DNA of 64,000 nt from Candidatus Latescibacterota bacterium (lineage in GTDB: Bacteria; Latescibacterota; UBA2968). The stretch's first letter is position 1. The number at the start of each line of letters is the position of its first letter. Made by a program: the position numbers and the translations under genes. The notes under the pieces were generated by a model. It searched no databases and had not been told where the DNA came from. It saw nothing but the letters and a program-made list of their open reading frames with translations. Shown here one piece after another: positions 1 through 9,653 of this stretch. The stretch covers positions 2,944,001 to 3,008,000 of the forward strand of contig OZ220741.1 in assembly GCA_965116885.1 (NCBI GenBank), in the 5' to 3' direction.

Positions 1-2
1 AA

Positions 3-3000
3 AATGGGACGCAGGCGATCTTGTCCGCCGCGCAAGATCGCATCTCTGCGATATAGCCCCTGTTTGCGATAGCGATTGATGTGGTCGATTAATACAATGC
101 CGTTGTTGACCACAATGCCAAATAAAATGAGCAACCCATAAGTCGCATTGCTATCCAGCGCAATGCCGAATATGTAAAGTCCCAATGCGACGCCTATAAA
201 CGCGAAGCTGATAGAAAACATGATGGTAAATGGATGGATGTACGATTCAAATAGGGAAGCCATGATGAGATAAATGAGCAGGGCGGCAAATATCATGGTG
301 AAATTCGTTTCGCCCTCTTCTGAAGCCATATAGCGGAACCGCCGATCCATCTGCCAGCTATACCCATTGGGCAATGGGATGGCATCCATGCGGTCGCGCA
401 TTTCATAACCGACCGTTTGGACTTCGGATGCTTCCGTGTTTGCGAACACGGTTACGGTTGACATTCGGTCCTGACGCTCGATGGATCGGGGACCTTTGGT
501 CAATTCGAAATCCGCCAGGCTGGCAAATGCAATCATAGTGCCGCGGTTGTTTTCAAAGGAGAGGGTCTTGAGCTGATCCAGCGTGGCGCGGTCTTCCTCT
601 CGCAATTGCAGCGCGATATCAATTTCTCCATCTGGTGTCTTGAATTTGCTATTTCCACGAGAACCCAATGCCGTGGCAACAGTTGTGGCAATTTGCTGGG
701 GTGAAAGGCCGTATTGTTGCGCGCGTTCTCTCCTCACCGAGACCCTGATTTCTTCTGTGCCACTTTCCAGACTGGTTTCCACGTCGTGAATGCCTTCAAT
801 ATCGTCCATTCGCAGCCGAATATCTTCAGCCAGGATAGCCAGCACTTCGGGATTTCGCCCTTTGATTTCTACTCCGACGCCCGTGCCACTGCTGCCACCA
901 CGCCTGTAGCCAGCCTTAAAACGCACGCCCGGGATGTCTTTGGGCAGCAAAGCACTTACCTTTTTTTTCACATCGTCTGTGCTCAACGGACTTTCTTCGA
1001 CGGGTTTTAGGTACAAATAAATCGTATTGCCGCGTCGGGTGCTAAATCGCGTTTTTATCGCTTCGATATCCAGTTCTTCCTTTTGCGGGATGATAATGGC
1101 TTCAATCTGTTTAAAAAGCGCGAGGGCGTCGTCGATATCGTACGTTCGCGGCATTTCCACCATATAGCTCACCCTGCGGTCGGGTTGATAGCGATAGCGC
1201 TGTACTTCAATTTTGGTAAAGATGTATATGCCGCCAAAGAGGATAAATGTCGCGACGACAACGGTGGTCCAGCGATAGTGTAGCGTGGTGCTAATTACGC
1301 GCGTGTAAACACCTTTGAGGCCAAGATGTCGAAATCGGAAATAGAGATAGCCGATTGTGGCGACGAACGCCCCCAGCACGATCCACACGCCTATCGGCAC
1401 GGTTGAAAGTCCGCCCAAAATCCACAGGGTACTATCTTTGAGCCAGGTAGCCGATTCGACAATACCCTCCTGGTAAATGAGATACGCCGCGCCTGCGGCA
1501 AATAAAGTACCCAATCCAATTTTCAAAAAGAGATCGACGCGGGTACCCGCATTTGAAAATGCCCGAGAGCAGGCCAGGGGTATGAGTGTTAAAGCCACGC
1601 ATAGTGCGGCTACGACTGCAATGCATACGGTGATGGCAAAATCGCGCATCCACATTGTATTGTACGAGCCAGAAATGAAGATGAGGGGGACAAAGACACA
1701 TATTGTCGTCAGTGCCGCCGCCAGTACGGGTATGCCGATTTCACGGCTGCCCACAATCGCTGCGGTTCGCGTGCCATCGCCTACATCAAAACGCCTGCGA
1801 TAAATATTTTCCAGAGCCACGACCGCTGGATCGACCAGCATCCCAATGGCGACCATCAGCCCCATCATCGAGATCATGTTCAGCGTGATAGTCGATCCAA
1901 ACACTTGCCGCATCAGATACATGATCATAAAAACGCACAATACCGAAATGGGAATGGCGGACCCCACAATGAGCGTGCTGCGGAAGTTTCGCAAAAACAC
2001 AAAAATGATGCCAATAGCCAGCATGCCTCCCAACATGGCGGATTGCCCCAGGCTGGCAATGCCCCTTACCACTGCTTCTGATTGGTCTCGGCGCAAGTGC
2101 AATCGCAATTTGTCGTGCCCAATTTCATCTTGAAGAGCGTCTAACTCTGCCCGGACCAGGCGGCAGGTTTCTACCAGATTGGCTGCCGAGGTTTTGCGAA
2201 TTTCCATAGAGACCACATCGCGCCCGTCCATGCGTTCAAAATATCGCTTTTCCGGATAGTCGTAACTCACCTGCGCCACATCTTTTATTTCCAGACCATT
2301 GGGAAGCGTGAGATCGCGTATTTGATCCACTTCGTCAAATTCGCCCACTGCCCGCACCGCGAGGCGTTTGTCGCCTTCGGTGACGTAACCGCCAGAAATA
2401 TTGATGTTGTTGGAGCGTATCGTTCTGTTGAGGGTGCGGATGTCCAGGCCATGGGCGTGCATGCGATTTTTATCGACATCGACTCGGAGTATTCTTTCAT
2501 CGACACCTTCCATTTCGACATTGCCCACCCCGGGGATGCGCTGCAAGCGCGGCAAGATCGTGTTTTTATAGACTGTGGCGAGTTCAGATTGATCATCGCC
2601 CAGCCAGATCATGTTGTAGTCCAGAATTTCCCAATCCGACGAGTCCCATCGGCGCATCTCAATGCGTTCGAGGTCTTCGGGGAGTCTGCCGCGAACCTGA
2701 TCTATGCGATCTCGTACCTGAATAGATTTGAGATCCATGTCGGTACCGTAGTCAAATTCCATGAACACATAACCCCGACTGTCATAGGATCGCGCGCGGA
2801 GTGATTCAACGCCGGGAATCGTGCCCAGCATCTCTTCCATTGGCTTGGTAATTTTCTTTTGGATCTCTTCGGGCGATGACGAGGGATATGTATAGCTCAC
2901 ATACATTCTGGGATACTGCAAGTCGGGCGCGTATTCGAGGGGCAATCTGAATAGAGAAATAAAACCCATGACTATGAGACTGAGCGCTATCATTACAGCA

Positions 3001-3038
3001 GTAATGGGTTTTTTGATTGCGTATTCCGAGAGTTTCAT
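3..3038 (-). CDS. RND efflux transporter permease (AcrB/AcrD/AcrF family), 3' end runs off the window
   Basis: Not in the ORF track because there is no stop in the window. Manual translation from ATG 3038 gives MKLSEYAIKKPITAVMIALSL...LPLEYAP...GMLVDPAVVALENI...ASLFESYIHPFTIM...GIVVNNGIVLID...DRLRPI, and the frame is consistent at both ends. Confidence 0.93.
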   Translation of the reverse strand, partial: MKLSEYAIKKPITAVMIALSLIVMGFISLFRLPLEYAPDLQYPRMYVSYTYPSSSPEEIQKKITKPMEEMLGTIPGVESLRARSYDSRGYVFMEFDYGTDMDLKSIQVRDRIDQVRGRLPEDLERIEMRRWDSSDWEILDYNMIWLGDDQSELATVYKNTILPRLQRIPGVGNVEMEGVDERILRVDVDKNRMHAHGLDIRTLNRTIRSNNINISGGYVTEGDKRLAVRAVGEFDEVDQIRDLTLPNGLEIKDVAQVSYDYPEKRYFERMDGRDVVSMEIRKTSAANLVETCRLVRAELDALQDEIGHDKLRLHLRRDQSEAVVRGIASLGQSAMLGGMLAIGIIFVFLRNFRSTLIVGSAIPISVLCVFMIMYLMRQVFGSTITLNMISMMGLMVAIGMLVDPAVVALENIYRRRFDVGDGTRTAAIVGSREIGIPVLAAALTTICVFVPLIFISGSYNTMWMRDFAITVCIAVVAALCVALTLIPLACSRAFSNAGTRVDLFLKIGLGTLFAAGAAYLIYQEGIVESATWLKDSTLWILGGLSTVPIGVWIVLGAFVATIGYLYFRFRHLGLKGVYTRVISTTLHYRWTTVVVATFILFGGIYIFTKIEVQRYRYQPDRRVSYMVEMPRTYDIDDALALFKQIEAIIIPQKEELDIEAIKTRFSTRRGNTIYLYLKPVEESPLSTDDVKKKVSALLPKDIPGVRFKAGYRRGGSSGTGVGVEIKGRNPEVLAILAEDIRLRMDDIEGIHDVETSLESGTEEIRVSVRRERAQQYGLSPQQIATTVATALGSRGNSKFKTPDGEIDIALQLREEDRATLDQLKTLSFENNRGTMIAFASLADFELTKGPRSIERQDRMSTVTVFANTEASEVQTVGYEMRDRMDAIPLPNGYSWQMDRRFRYMASEEGETNFTMIFAALLIYLIMASLFESYIHPFTIMFSISFAFIGVALGLYIFGIALDSNATYGLLILFGIVVNNGIVLIDHINRYRKQGLYRRDAILRGGQDRLRPI

Positions 3039-3302
3039 AAATGGGCCTCAAAGGGGCAAAAATTGAAGGTTGAAGTAAGAAGTGAGACGCGAATCTCAGG
3101 GTGCGTCTATCAGTGACTGAGACAGATTTCGCTAAGTAACCATTTACTTACTTATGGATAATATACCACATTTTATCACAAAAGCAACCACAGTTTTAAA
3201 AAATTTCACCGTTACAGAAAAGACTTGCGATTTTGTTTTAATAGATATTTCATGCTGAAGTCTGGAACATAATCACATATTCACTTTTCAAAGGAGACTT
3301 CC

Positions 3303-4184
3303 ATGGGCAATCGCGTCAATCGCGCAGTTGAGTTGCTTTCAGAAGATCAACCGATCTATTACACGGGCGCACATACCGGGCATGTGCTTACGTTTGAACA
3401 GGGACAGAATGATGCCAGTACCTGGGCGGATTATATCAATGTTGGTATGGAACACGGGGCTTTTAATCTGGGAGGTCTCGACGATTATATGCGCGGTCTG
3501 GTGAGTGGAGGACCTACAAATAGTGGGCACAGGACGCCAGCCGTTATTGTCGAAGCGCCTGTGGAGGGCGCATCGGAAAATATTGTGCGCTACAATGCCT
3601 GGCAATTTCGACAGATTCTCGCGCGCGGTGTACACGGCGTTTTGCTCTGTCAGGCGGAATCGCCCGATGCGATACGCGCTTTTGTCGAATCGTGTCGCTA
3701 TCCCATTAACAAAAGCGGCGTTGGACACGGCCTCAGTACAGGTACTCGAGGCGTGGGGTCCGAATCATCGGCATCAGCGATATGGGGTGTTAGCCGCGAC
3801 GAGTATATTCAGAAGGCCGATCCCTATCCACTGAATCCCGATGGCGAACTGTTGCTGGGCATCAAGATTGAGAATGTGCGCGGTGCATCCAATATCGAAC
3901 AGATTCTCAAGGTGCCCGGTATTGGGTTTGCCGAAATGGGACCGGGCGATTTGAGTATGTCGATGGGGTATTTGCACCGTCCAACGCCTTTTCCTCCCGA
4001 AATGCAGGAGGTGAGGGATCGCGTGAAGGCCGCGTGTGCAGAAAACGGCGTTGCTTTTCTCGAGGGGGGTAGTCCCGAGACGGTTGCCGCAAAAATAGAC
4101 GAGGGCGTGCGCGTGATTTCCGGTGGCAGGGAAGAGATCGCGCGTATTGGACGCGAATATTCAGGCCGTCGCATGCCGGTTTAA
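3303..4184 (+). CDS. HpcH/HpaI aldolase/citrate lyase family protein
   Basis: MEHG, ILARGVHGV, CRYP..GTRG, KIEN, GPGDLSMSMG motifs; AGGAGA RBS. Confidence 0.8.
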   Translation: MGNRVNRAVELLSEDQPIYYTGAHTGHVLTFEQGQNDASTWADYINVGMEHGAFNLGGLDDYMRGLVSGGPTNSGHRTPAVIVEAPVEGASENIVRYNAWQFRQILARGVHGVLLCQAESPDAIRAFVESCRYPINKSGVGHGLSTGTRGVGSESSASAIWGVSRDEYIQKADPYPLNPDGELLLGIKIENVRGASNIEQILKVPGIGFAEMGPGDLSMSMGYLHRPTPFPPEMQEVRDRVKAACAENGVAFLEGGSPETVAAKIDEGVRVISGGREEIARIGREYSGRRMPV

Positions 4185-4230
4185 AGGCGAATCAGCGGAA
4201 CGGGGTACAACTGGTTCGGGACAGTTCATC

Positions 4231-4262
4231 AATGTAGGGGCGGTGCCCCTGTGCCCGCCCGT
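4231..4262 (+). repeat. GTAG-type REP-like palindrome, copy 1
   Basis: AATGTAGGGGCGGTGCCCCTGTGCCCGCCCGT, identical 32-mer at 37795-37826. Confidence 0.85.
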
Positions 4263-4279
4263 TGGGTGGTAGGGCGGGG

Positions 4280-4319
4280 TTCGTCTATTCGTCTATTCGT
4301 CTATTTGTCTATTTGTCTA
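4280..4319 (+). repeat. 8-bp tandem repeat (TTYGTCTA)x5
   Basis: Direct reading; related units near 30929 and in reverse near 39521. Confidence 0.85.
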
Positions 4320-4790
4320 AAATGGATTGCCCTGGCGGGCCAGCTCAAATTTTCGCCAGCCGACTTGTTTGCCATTTTCGAATACTTTTTCCAGTGTGTA
4401 AAAGGAGGACGGGTCGTATTCGCGCCAGACGCCCGTTTTTTTATCTTCCAGATATAGACCTTCCTCTTTTTTCACACCGCTTCTAAAATAGGAAGCCCAA
4501 TACCCGTCTTTTTTTCCGTTTGTCCAGTTGCTTTCTGTGTTTTTTTGTCCATTGCTGTAAAATGTGATTTCAAGCCCGTCTTGCATGACGCCATTTTTGT
4601 ATGTGCCCTGTCCGCGCACGTTGCCCGCAGCATCGTAATATGTCCAAATCCCAGTGCGATCACCGCTGTCGTATTGTCCTTTTGCCACTACGCGGCCGTA
4701 TTGTTTTATTTCTGTCTGTCCTTCAAATAGCGAGGGCATCTGACACCCGGCTGTGAGGATTGCCACGAGAAGAATTACAACTTTGATCAT
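4317..4790 (-). CDS. MORN-variant repeat (YwqK-like) lipoprotein
   Basis: Lipobox LTAGC after a hydrophobic signal (start moved to ATG 4790); repeats RTGIWTYY, KDGYWASYFRSG, KTGVWREY. Confidence 0.8.
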   Translation of the reverse strand: MIKVVILLVAILTAGCQMPSLFEGQTEIKQYGRVVAKGQYDSGDRTGIWTYYDAAGNVRGQGTYKNGVMQDGLEITFYSNGQKNTESNWTNGKKDGYWASYFRSGVKKEEGLYLEDKKTGVWREYDPSSFYTLEKVFENGKQVGWRKFELARQGNPF

Positions 4791-4947
4791 TTTTTTCTCC
4801 TGTTTCTTTGATGGATATTTTAATGTAATATAACTAATATACAAAACTGCTTTCATAAGGCAAAGATGAAATGACAAATGACTTGTTTAGTGTCTGTGCG
4901 TAAATTGGATCTCAACCAAAAAGCGATTGCACTCAACGATCTCTTTA

Positions 4948-4976
4948 TTGTTACCACCATCCTCTCATAGTATTTT
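4948..4976 (+). promoter_or_regulatory. Putative sigma70 promoter of the XRE-cyclase/ahcY/metF unit
   Basis: TTGTTA-17 bp-TATTTT. Confidence 0.4.
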
Positions 4977-5012
4977 GTAAACAGTTCGCCCATTGGGATA
5001 ACAAGTCCAAAT

Positions 5013-5738
5013 ATGTTACTCACCGAACTTGGCCAACGCCTTCGCGCTCAACGGGAACGCCTTGGCCTCAAGCAAAACGACGTTGCCAATGCCCTGCAGG
5101 TAAGCCCACAGGCCGTTTCCAAGTGGGAAAGGGGTGAAAACGGTCCCGACATCGCTACTCTGGGACCTCTTGCCAGATTGCTCGGCGTTTCTACGGACTG
5201 GCTTTTGGATGCACATGGCGAAAATCAAGATGTTTTTGATGCCACTATCTTCACATCCACAGTTGTCGGTGCATACCAAAAATCATTGCAAATGGAGGCG
5301 CGAGAGTTTGCAGCATGGGCAAATGGTATTTTGTTTCAATTGACCGAAGCTGTGTTGCGCCATGATGGCGTTCCGCTCAGATATATGGGAGACGCATTTT
5401 TGTGTTTTTTTTCCGGCGTTCACCATCAGCTTCGCGCTGCCCAGGCAGCGGCATTTTCCCAGCGGCTCATCAGCGAAGATCTGGTCATTGGCTTGAGCAG
5501 TGGTGAGATTTATTTGGGGGCAATGGGGCATCCCGATTACGCTCATCCGGATGTGACCGGAGAAGTGGTCAACATCGCATTTATTGTTCGAGAATGGGCA
5601 GAAACGAATGTCCGCAAAGGGATTGCAGCAACGACATCCGTGTCAAACAATCTCGATGAGGTTTTTGATATTTCCCAACCCACAGAAATCAATTTTCGAG
5701 GCATCGAAACGCCTATTTCAATTTGCGAGATCAGATAG
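5013..5738 (+). CDS. XRE-family HTH regulator fused to a degenerate class III adenylate/guanylate cyclase-like domain
   Basis: N-term LKQNDVANALQVSPQAVSKWERG...LARLLGVSTDWLL; C-term RYMGDAFLCFF, IGLSSGEIYLGAMG, GEVVNIA. Confidence 0.85.
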   Translation: MLLTELGQRLRAQRERLGLKQNDVANALQVSPQAVSKWERGENGPDIATLGPLARLLGVSTDWLLDAHGENQDVFDATIFTSTVVGAYQKSLQMEAREFAAWANGILFQLTEAVLRHDGVPLRYMGDAFLCFFSGVHHQLRAAQAAAFSQRLISEDLVIGLSSGEIYLGAMGHPDYAHPDVTGEVVNIAFIVREWAETNVRKGIAATTSVSNNLDEVFDISQPTEINFRGIETPISICEIR

Positions 5739-5768
5739 GGGTATGCCAACCGAGAGAAAGGATAAAAT

Positions 5769-7220
5769 ATGGCCGATGTAGTGTTGCCCGATAGCGCGAT
5801 TGATATTCAAATTCCCGATTATTCGCACCTGCCCTATAAAGTCGCCGATATGTCTCAGGCAGATTTTGGACGGAAAGAGATCACAATTGCCGAGCAGGAG
5901 ATGCCCGGTTTGATGGCTGTGCGCGAAAAATACGCAGACCAGAAACCTCTGAAGGGTGCCCGCATAACGGGCTCGCTTCACATGACGATTCAGACCGCTG
6001 TGTTGATTGAGTCGCTCAAAGTGCTGGGAGCCGATGTGCGTTGGGCGTCGTGTAATATTTTTTCAACACAAGACCACGCTGCTGCCGCGATTGCAGAAAC
6101 GGGTACGCCGGTCTATGCGTGGAAGGGCGAGTCGCTGGAAGAGTATTGGGAATGCACTTTGCAGGCACTCAATTTTGTGGAGGGCGGACCGACACTTATT
6201 GTCGATGATGGAGGAGATGCGACGTTGCTGGTTCATAGGGGGTATCAGGCAGAAGACGATCCTTCAATTCTCGATGAGCCGACCGATAATCGCGAATTGG
6301 AGATTGTCAATGCCGTGCTGAGGCGGCAACTCGAGCGCGATCCGCGTTTTTGGCATAATATGGCTGTGGATATTCAGGGCGTGTCAGAGGAGACTACAAC
6401 GGGTGTTCACCGCCTGTATCAGATGCGGGATGACGGCACGCTTCTCTTTCCCGCGATAAATGTCAATGATTCGGTGACCAAATCGAAATTCGATAATCTC
6501 TATGGCTGCCGCGAATCGCTCGCCGATGGTATTAAGCGCGCGACGGATGTTATGGTCGCTGGTAAGGTCGTTTGCGTGTGCGGTTACGGTGATGTGGGCA
6601 AGGGATGTGCCCAGTCTATGCGGGGATTTGGCGCGCGCGTGTTGGTGACGGAGATCGATCCGATATGTGCTTTGCAGGCGGCGATGGAGGGCTTTGAAGT
6701 GACGACTGTGGAAGATGCCCTTTCCGAAGCCAATATTTTTGTTACGACGACGGGAAATACAGATATTATCCGCATTGAGCACATGAAAAATATGCTCGAT
6801 CAATCCATTGTGTGCAATATCGGGCATTTCGACAATGAGATTCAGGTCGATAAGCTGGTCGATTATCCGGGTATTGAGCACGAAAATATCAAGCCGCAGG
6901 TCGATAAATACACGTTTCCAGATGGGCATGCGATTTTTTTGCTCGCAGAAGGCCGTCTGGTCAATCTCGGCTGTGCAACCGGGCATCCTTCTTTTGTGAT
7001 GTCCAATTCTTTTACGAATCAGGTGCTGGCGCAGATGGATCTGTGGGCACAACAGCGCGAAGTCGGCGTTTATACGTTGCCCAAACACCTCGACGAGGAG
7101 GTTGCGCGCCTTCATCTTGAAAAACTCGGTGTAAAGTTGACTCAACTCACGCAGAAGCAGGCCGATTATATTGGCGTGTCTGTCGAAGGTCCGTATAAAC
7201 CCGGTCATTACCGGTATTAA
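5769..7220 (+). CDS. ahcY: Adenosylhomocysteinase
   Basis: [59 protein letters not shown]. Confidence 0.99.
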   Translation: MADVVLPDSAIDIQIPDYSHLPYKVADMSQADFGRKEITIAEQEMPGLMAVREKYADQKPLKGARITGSLHMTIQTAVLIESLKVLGADVRWASCNIFSTQDHAAAAIAETGTPVYAWKGESLEEYWECTLQALNFVEGGPTLIVDDGGDATLLVHRGYQAEDDPSILDEPTDNRELEIVNAVLRRQLERDPRFWHNMAVDIQGVSEETTTGVHRLYQMRDDGTLLFPAINVNDSVTKSKFDNLYGCRESLADGIKRATDVMVAGKVVCVCGYGDVGKGCAQSMRGFGARVLVTEIDPICALQAAMEGFEVTTVEDALSEANIFVTTTGNTDIIRIEHMKNMLDQSIVCNIGHFDNEIQVDKLVDYPGIEHENIKPQVDKYTFPDGHAIFLLAEGRLVNLGCATGHPSFVMSNSFTNQVLAQMDLWAQQREVGVYTLPKHLDEEVARLHLEKLGVKLTQLTQKQADYIGVSVEGPYKPGHYRY

Positions 7221-7226
7221 CGCTCA

Positions 7227-7261
7227 GGGGCTGGGAGCTTATTCCCAGTCCCAACTTTTTT
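7227..7261 (+). terminator. Terminator-like hairpin between ahcY and metF
   Basis: GGGCTGGGA / TCCCAGTCC stem followed by a T run ending just before the metF ATG. Confidence 0.6.
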
Positions 7262-8140
7262 ATGCGATTTTTAGACTATTTTACCGGCAATCAACCGGTC
7301 ATTTCGTTTGAGATTTATCCGCCGCAGACGCCGGGTGGTATGCGCGCGCTCAAAGCGCGGATTGTGCCCAATTTGCTCAAGTTGAATCCCAGTTATATGA
7401 CGGTTACGTATGGCGCTGGTGGCTCTACTCGCGCTAAGACGCTGGAGATTGCCTCGCTTATCCAGAACGAATTTGGTCTGACTTCGGCGTGTCATCTCAC
7501 CTGTGTGGGATCGTCCCGAACGGATATCGATGATATTTTGAAGGCGATTCGCACAGAGGGTATTCGCAATATTGTCGCGCTTCGCGGCGATCCTCCGCGT
7601 GGCGAAGATACTTTTGTGCCTGCCAAGGATGGATTTGCTTATGGCAATGAGCTTGTGGCGCATATTCGCAGTACGGAACCGAAAGACGATGGGTTTGGGT
7701 TGGCTGTTGCGGGGTATCCCGAGAAACACCTCGAAGCGCCCGATTTCGATACGGATATTGCAAATTTGAAGCGGAAGGTTGAGTCTGGTGGAGATATTGT
7801 TATTACGCAGCTTTTTTATAATAACGATAACTTTTTTCGTTTTGTCGATCGCGTGCGTGCAGCCCGTATCACAGCACCTGTTGTTCCGGGTCTGATGCCG
7901 ATTCTCGCGGCGGGACAGATCCAGCGCATCGCATCTCTGTGCGGGGCTGAGATTCCTCAGGATTTGCAGGATCAACTCAGGGGGGCTGTGGATGATGAAG
8001 ACAAGGCGATGAAAATCGGTATTGATCAGTGTATCGCGCAGGCGACTGAATTGCTCGAACAGGGCGTGCCGGGTATTCACTTTTACGTGCTGAACAAATC
8101 CACTCACATGCGCCAGATTATCAAAGCACTTCCTCTCTAA
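7262..8140 (+). CDS. metF: Methylenetetrahydrofolate reductase
   Basis: SFEIYPP, VTYGAGG, HLTCV, ALRGDPP, AGYPEKH, ITQLF, GIHFYVLN. Confidence 0.98.
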   Translation: MRFLDYFTGNQPVISFEIYPPQTPGGMRALKARIVPNLLKLNPSYMTVTYGAGGSTRAKTLEIASLIQNEFGLTSACHLTCVGSSRTDIDDILKAIRTEGIRNIVALRGDPPRGEDTFVPAKDGFAYGNELVAHIRSTEPKDDGFGLAVAGYPEKHLEAPDFDTDIANLKRKVESGGDIVITQLFYNNDNFFRFVDRVRAARITAPVVPGLMPILAAGQIQRIASLCGAEIPQDLQDQLRGAVDDEDKAMKIGIDQCIAQATELLEQGVPGIHFYVLNKSTHMRQIIKALPL

Positions 8141-8738
8141 GTGGAAATTTTTCAGTGATCAGCATGATTGGCTTTTTATTGGCGAGCACTCTGTAGGTGC
8201 GGCAGAGAAGAGGTTCCCCTTCAAGGTGTGCGATGTTCTGTGGCATATCTCGTGCGGTTTCATAGCAGCACCACAACAATTCACGGCGGGTTTCCAGTCC
8301 GCTGTTTTGCAAGATCCCTCCCAGTCCCGCAGGATCTGATTCCAATTCGTCCAAGATGCCTTTGGGCAAGTGTTGTGGTACAATGAGAGATGTGGCATAT
8401 GCCTGAATTTTTGGCGTTTCTTTGCCGATTGAGGGGGTTTGTAGTACTACTTGTCGCGCGATGACTGGTGCCCCTGATGGCAGACAGAGCCAGATGTGCT
8501 CGGTGCAGAGTGTCTGTTCCTCCTGGTGGAGAATCGTGACTTCTACCGGTGCGAGTGTATAGGCTTCGATGAGCCTTGTGACGGTGCCGTCGGTGACGAT
8601 TAATGCCCGCTGAAAGGGCGTTAATTGCGCGATGTTGATTTCTCCAGACATTGCTGGCCTTTCGGCTTGTGCGATAAATATATTTTTTACGTGCGTGTCA
8701 GCAAAGGTTGCCGAATTGAAAATTGGATCTGTCTTCAT
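8121..8738 (-). CDS. Chorismate pyruvate-lyase-like (DUF98/UbiC-fold) protein
   Basis: QRALIVTDGTVTRLIEA, RQVVL, LGGIL...ETRRE, RTYRV...PIMLITEKFP; convergent 20-nt overlap with metF. Confidence 0.8.
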   Translation of the reverse strand: MKTDPIFNSATFADTHVKNIFIAQAERPAMSGEINIAQLTPFQRALIVTDGTVTRLIEAYTLAPVEVTILHQEEQTLCTEHIWLCLPSGAPVIARQVVLQTPSIGKETPKIQAYATSLIVPQHLPKGILDELESDPAGLGGILQNSGLETRRELLWCCYETARDMPQNIAHLEGEPLLCRTYRVLANKKPIMLITEKFPLREEVL

Positions 8739-8866
8739 CGAGCTATTGTCCTTTCATATATACAGTTGTTGTGTAACGCAATGCACTTTAGACACATAAG
8801 GACAAAAAAAGTTCTGAAACATTGCATGTGTGATTCTAATCCGTTATTTTGATGGGGAAGAGCGCA

Positions 8867-9631
8867 ATGAGAATAGTTACATGGAATGTAAATGGATTGC
8901 GGGCTGCACTTCGCAAGGGGTTTATGGATCATATTAAAACGCTAAACCCCGATGTGATCCTTTTGCAAGAAATTCGCGTTTTGCCCGAGCAACTATCTGC
9001 GAGAGAACGCAATCCCGAGGGATGGCATGTTATCTGGCATCCGGCCGAGCGCAAGGGCTATGCGGGTACAGCGGTATGGTCTCGCACGCCGTTAAGTGAG
9101 GAAGAGCGCGGTGTGGGAGAGGGCGATTCCGAAGGCCGGATTTTGCGGGTGAGCACTCTGGGGATTCAATTTGTCAGCGTGTACCTGCCTTCGGGATCTT
9201 CAGGCGATGAGCGCCAGGCGATCAAGGAATGCTGGATGGATCGCTTTCGCCTCTGGGCCGATGGCCTGGTCAAAAAACGGGTTCCCATAATTATGGGCGG
9301 TGATTTTAATATCGCGCATACCGAACGCGATATTTTTTATGCTAAAAGCAACGAAAAGAATTCGGGTTTTTTGCCGCATGAACGTGCGTGGATAGGCGAT
9401 CTCATCTCATCGGGCTGGCGCGATTTTACGCGAGAACACTACGGCGATATTCAGGGGCCGTATTCCTGGTGGTCCAATCGGGGAAGAGCGAGGGAATTGG
9501 ACCGCGGCTGGCGCATTGACTATTTGTTGGGCAATGCAGCAGCCGCAAAGCGCGTTCAATCTGCCCATGTTGACCGCGAAGGCGGTTTGACCATATCTGA
9601 TCACGCACCGGTTGTTGTAGATTTGAAATAG
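8867..9631 (+). CDS. xth: Exodeoxyribonuclease III
   Basis: TWNVNGLRA, LQE, EGR, GDFNIAH, YSWWSNR, GWRIDY, SDHAP. Confidence 0.97.
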   Translation: MRIVTWNVNGLRAALRKGFMDHIKTLNPDVILLQEIRVLPEQLSARERNPEGWHVIWHPAERKGYAGTAVWSRTPLSEEERGVGEGDSEGRILRVSTLGIQFVSVYLPSGSSGDERQAIKECWMDRFRLWADGLVKKRVPIIMGGDFNIAHTERDIFYAKSNEKNSGFLPHERAWIGDLISSGWRDFTREHYGDIQGPYSWWSNRGRARELDRGWRIDYLLGNAAAAKRVQSAHVDREGGLTISDHAPVVVDLK

Positions 9632-9653
9632 CTAATACACACAGGAGATTTCC

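Noticed and set aside
583..3051. Short track ORFs suggesting a fragmented or pseudogene region
   Set aside because: One continuous minus-strand RND frame explains the region; it is missing from the track only because its stop is outside the window
4880..5768. SAH or SAM riboswitch for ahcY
   Set aside because: Only 30 bp precede ahcY and no recognisable aptamer lies upstream of the regulator; an Infernal search would settle it
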